A stretch of DNA of 63,532 bases, the filler included, from Octopus bimaculoides (taxonomy: Eukaryota), in NCBI RefSeq assembly GCF_001194135.2. It is 4 parts of 4 records of this genome, joined end to end, with 100 filler letters (N's around TTAATTAATTAA, not from the genome) between each part and the next. Parts side by side here need not be neighbours in the genome. Positions count along the whole stretch, not along the records: positions 49,869 to 63,532 come from NC_068999.1; 3 more parts are not named here. The stretch is one strand, 5' to 3'. Positions 61,325 through 63,532 of this stretch are shown here, one piece after another; position 1 is the stretch's first letter, and each line of letters starts with the position of its first letter. The position numbers and the translations under genes were made by a program. Under the pieces are notes generated by a model. It was not told where the DNA came from. It saw only the letters and a program-made list of their open reading frames with translations, and searched no databases.

Positions 61325-61507
61325 GGACTAGCTCTTTCCTTCCATCAAATCGACATTACCTGTACAGGTGCAACAGGTCTCACACGTCAGGTGTTGCAAT
61401 GATCGCAGAGCAACTTGAGATGATCCAACGCACTTCCCGGTCTGAGAATCGAACCCACGATCTCGCGATCGAGTGTGCAGCATCTTAACCACTAGTCCAC
61501 GAGCCCT
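61325..61507 (-). mobile_element. tRNA-headed SINE with a distinct body
   Basis: Reverse complement has A box TGGACTAGTGG and B box GGTTCGATTCT, followed by a non-tRNA body. Confidence 0.7.
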
Positions 61508-61542
61508 TTTTAGCCTATAACAATGCGTTATACATGTAGTGT

Positions 61543-61698
61543 CACTAGCGTAGCTAAAGTGTGTGCCGCGCGGGGCGGCCCTTCCGTTTTCCACTCCCGA
61601 AAAACGCATTTTTCCTACAGCAGACACAAAAGTGGTGCTCCTTTAAAAGAGCCGCGCGGTGCGATCCTCTCCTACCACCCCACCTAGCGACGCTAGAG
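61543..61698. mobile_element. Possible old GC-rich MITE (hAT-like)
   Basis: CTAGCGTAGCTA versus reverse complement CTAGCGTCGCTA (11/12); flanks match only 5/8. Confidence 0.35.
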
Positions 61699-62121
61699 GG
61701 TGCTGTGTCCCCTGAGGATGAGGTGTCTTCTAGACTGAGTTCCGTTGAGGAGGATGTTCAAATTAAATCGAAGCGTGAGAAAAAAAATGTGTACAAGACA
61801 CACATGATTAATGTTTCTTTGTTTGTTATTCAATTTGTGACCGGCGCATTGAAATGCCTTTTGTCGGCTCAATCAAGGTACACCCGAGGATAAAAAAAAA
61901 TGCAAAACAACCATAATACGAAAAATAACTGGATATGAACGAGAGTTAATTCATGAGTTACACTGAGAACGACGAAAATCCAAACAATAACATATCTATT
62001 CATTCTTAATACCTTGGAACGTGAATATCTGATCACTGTTGTTTTCCGTCATCGGAGAACACCTCTTCTTTTAGACGATGTATGTCCATGTCACACGTCA
62101 TTCATCGATGCAAGGAAACTC

Positions 62122-62168
62122 TTAGAGACCGCGGTGTTTCGGCCTTATTGAGTCTCTCCTCAGCCAAA
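62122..62168 (-). ncRNA. Degenerate type I hammerhead-like motif
   Basis: Minus strand reads tttgg CTGAGGA [16 nt] GAAAC accgcg GTC tctaa; core and GUC are intact, stems I and II are weak. Confidence 0.35.
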
Positions 62169-62414
62169 TCTACTGCGCCAGACCAGTTATTCTAACAAGA
62201 GCACAGGCTTTTCTTTTTAGAATTCAGTAAATGAATTATTTGCTGATGAATGCTGACGTCTTCCAAATAGATAATAATTCACAGGATGCACACAGAACTG
62301 TGACCATCTAAACAGTAACATATCTGTTCATTCTTAATACGTTCTGGTAGATTCGAATGTAAATAAGTTGATCATTGTTCTTTTTCATCATCAGAGAACA
62401 TCTCCCTTTTAAAC

Positions 62415-62652
62415 CATTGGTACTCAACCACTTTTTACCTTTGGATCCCTTTCATTGTTGTTTTACTCTACTGGATCCTATATGGTTATATATGGTTATA
62501 ATGTTTAAAGAACCCTATTGTATTTTTTTTTTATTAGATATTATTACGAATCCTAGACAGAATGTGAAAATATTTTCCCAAGCGTATAACCAATTTATTG
62601 CAGATAAATTTCAACAGCAAAATCTTCTATGGACCTCAGTCGAGAACCACTA
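62415..62652. mobile_element. hAT-Charlie-type MITE
   Basis: Termini CATTGGTACTCAACC / reverse complement TAGTGGTTCTCGAC resemble CAGTGGTTCTCAAC; 8-bp TSD ttttaaac/gtttagac (6/8). Confidence 0.72.
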
Positions 62653-63269
62653 GTTTAGACAAGGCAAGTTCCTAACACATGTGAATAGTCGAACACACAT
62701 CGTCTAAAGAGGAGATATGTCCCTTGATGGCAAGAAACAACAGCGAATAGATATTCACATTCGAACCTACCATATATTGTTAGGCTAACACCTGTCAGAT
62801 AAAATGTAAAAACAAATGACCCACGTTAATACACAGTCAGGAGAAGTGATATGTAATATTTTTGGCTGGACGTAGCTCTTCATCCATCTCGTTCCTCTTC
62901 CATTGTGGTCACTGTAGGACTTAGTACCATCGCATGGCTTAATTCTTCTTATACTGTGTTGCTTCTGGGTTTATCTCCAATGGTTTTCTTGAGACAAAAG
63001 GGATCAGTGCAAAACGTTAACACTTCAAAATTAAAATGATCACGTACGGAATCCCAGAGTGAATTTGAATTCTGAGTGTATGAAAACCCTTTCACCTGTA
63101 ATTAAAACTTCATTCAGGGATTTTACAAAACCAATTGGTGAAACACGCAGGGACAAATTTACCACTTATGGAAATTATATTAAATCACATGCTTTACTCT
63201 GCTTTGAACTCAGCTCTCACAATTTCTCGAGTACTTCACATTACACCATACAAATATATATATGTATAT

Positions 63270-63483
63270 ATTTTTATTCTTTTACTTGTTTCAGTCGTTT
63301 GACTGCAGCCATGCTGGAGCACCGCCTTTAGTTGAGAAAATCGACCCCAGGACTTATTCTTTGTAAGCCCAGTATTTATTCTATCGGCTCTTTTTGTTGA
63401 GCCACTAGTTTACAGGGACGTAAATACACCAGCATTGGCTGTCAAGCGATGTTCGGGGGACAAGCACAGACACACAAATGTAT

Positions 63484-63532
<49 letters not shown>
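63270..63532 (-). mobile_element. SINE family A, 3' half running into its internal microsatellite
   Basis: Reverse complement of 25320-25508 plus tail. Confidence 0.9.

Overview
AT-rich, gap-ridden animal genomic DNA dominated by microsatellites and transposable-element debris. The repeat families and microsatellite density look like an octopus (coleoid cephalopod) genome; this is inferred from recall, not from a search. No host protein-coding gene, rRNA, true tRNA gene or CRISPR array can be supported. The only recognisable coding sequence is from mobile elements: an internally deleted Ty3/Gypsy LTR retrotransposon (2944-~6500; gag, RNase H, integrase; protease and RT core missing), a Tx1/L1-clade RT fragment, several RTE-clade LINE fragments and two mariner transposase 5' ends. 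There are also at least four tRNA-headed SINE families (working labels A-D; dozens of copies), piggyBac-type and hAT-type MITEs, a TSD-flanked solo LTR, a Helitron-like 3' end and several minisatellites. Three N44-TTAATTAATTAA-N44 linkers show the window is four joined scaffolds, so adjacency across them is unverified. Best leads: a minimal Penelope-type hammerhead ribozyme motif (2738-2783) plus a decayed second one (62122-62168, minus strand); mismatched/chimeric Gypsy LTRs; a near-perfect 32-bp hairpin (45185-45300); modular SINEs sharing tails and carrying microsatellites; inverted SINE clusters that could form dsRNA; and a minisatellite caught forming higher-order repeats (57251-57718). 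All structures were read by eye; none was computed.
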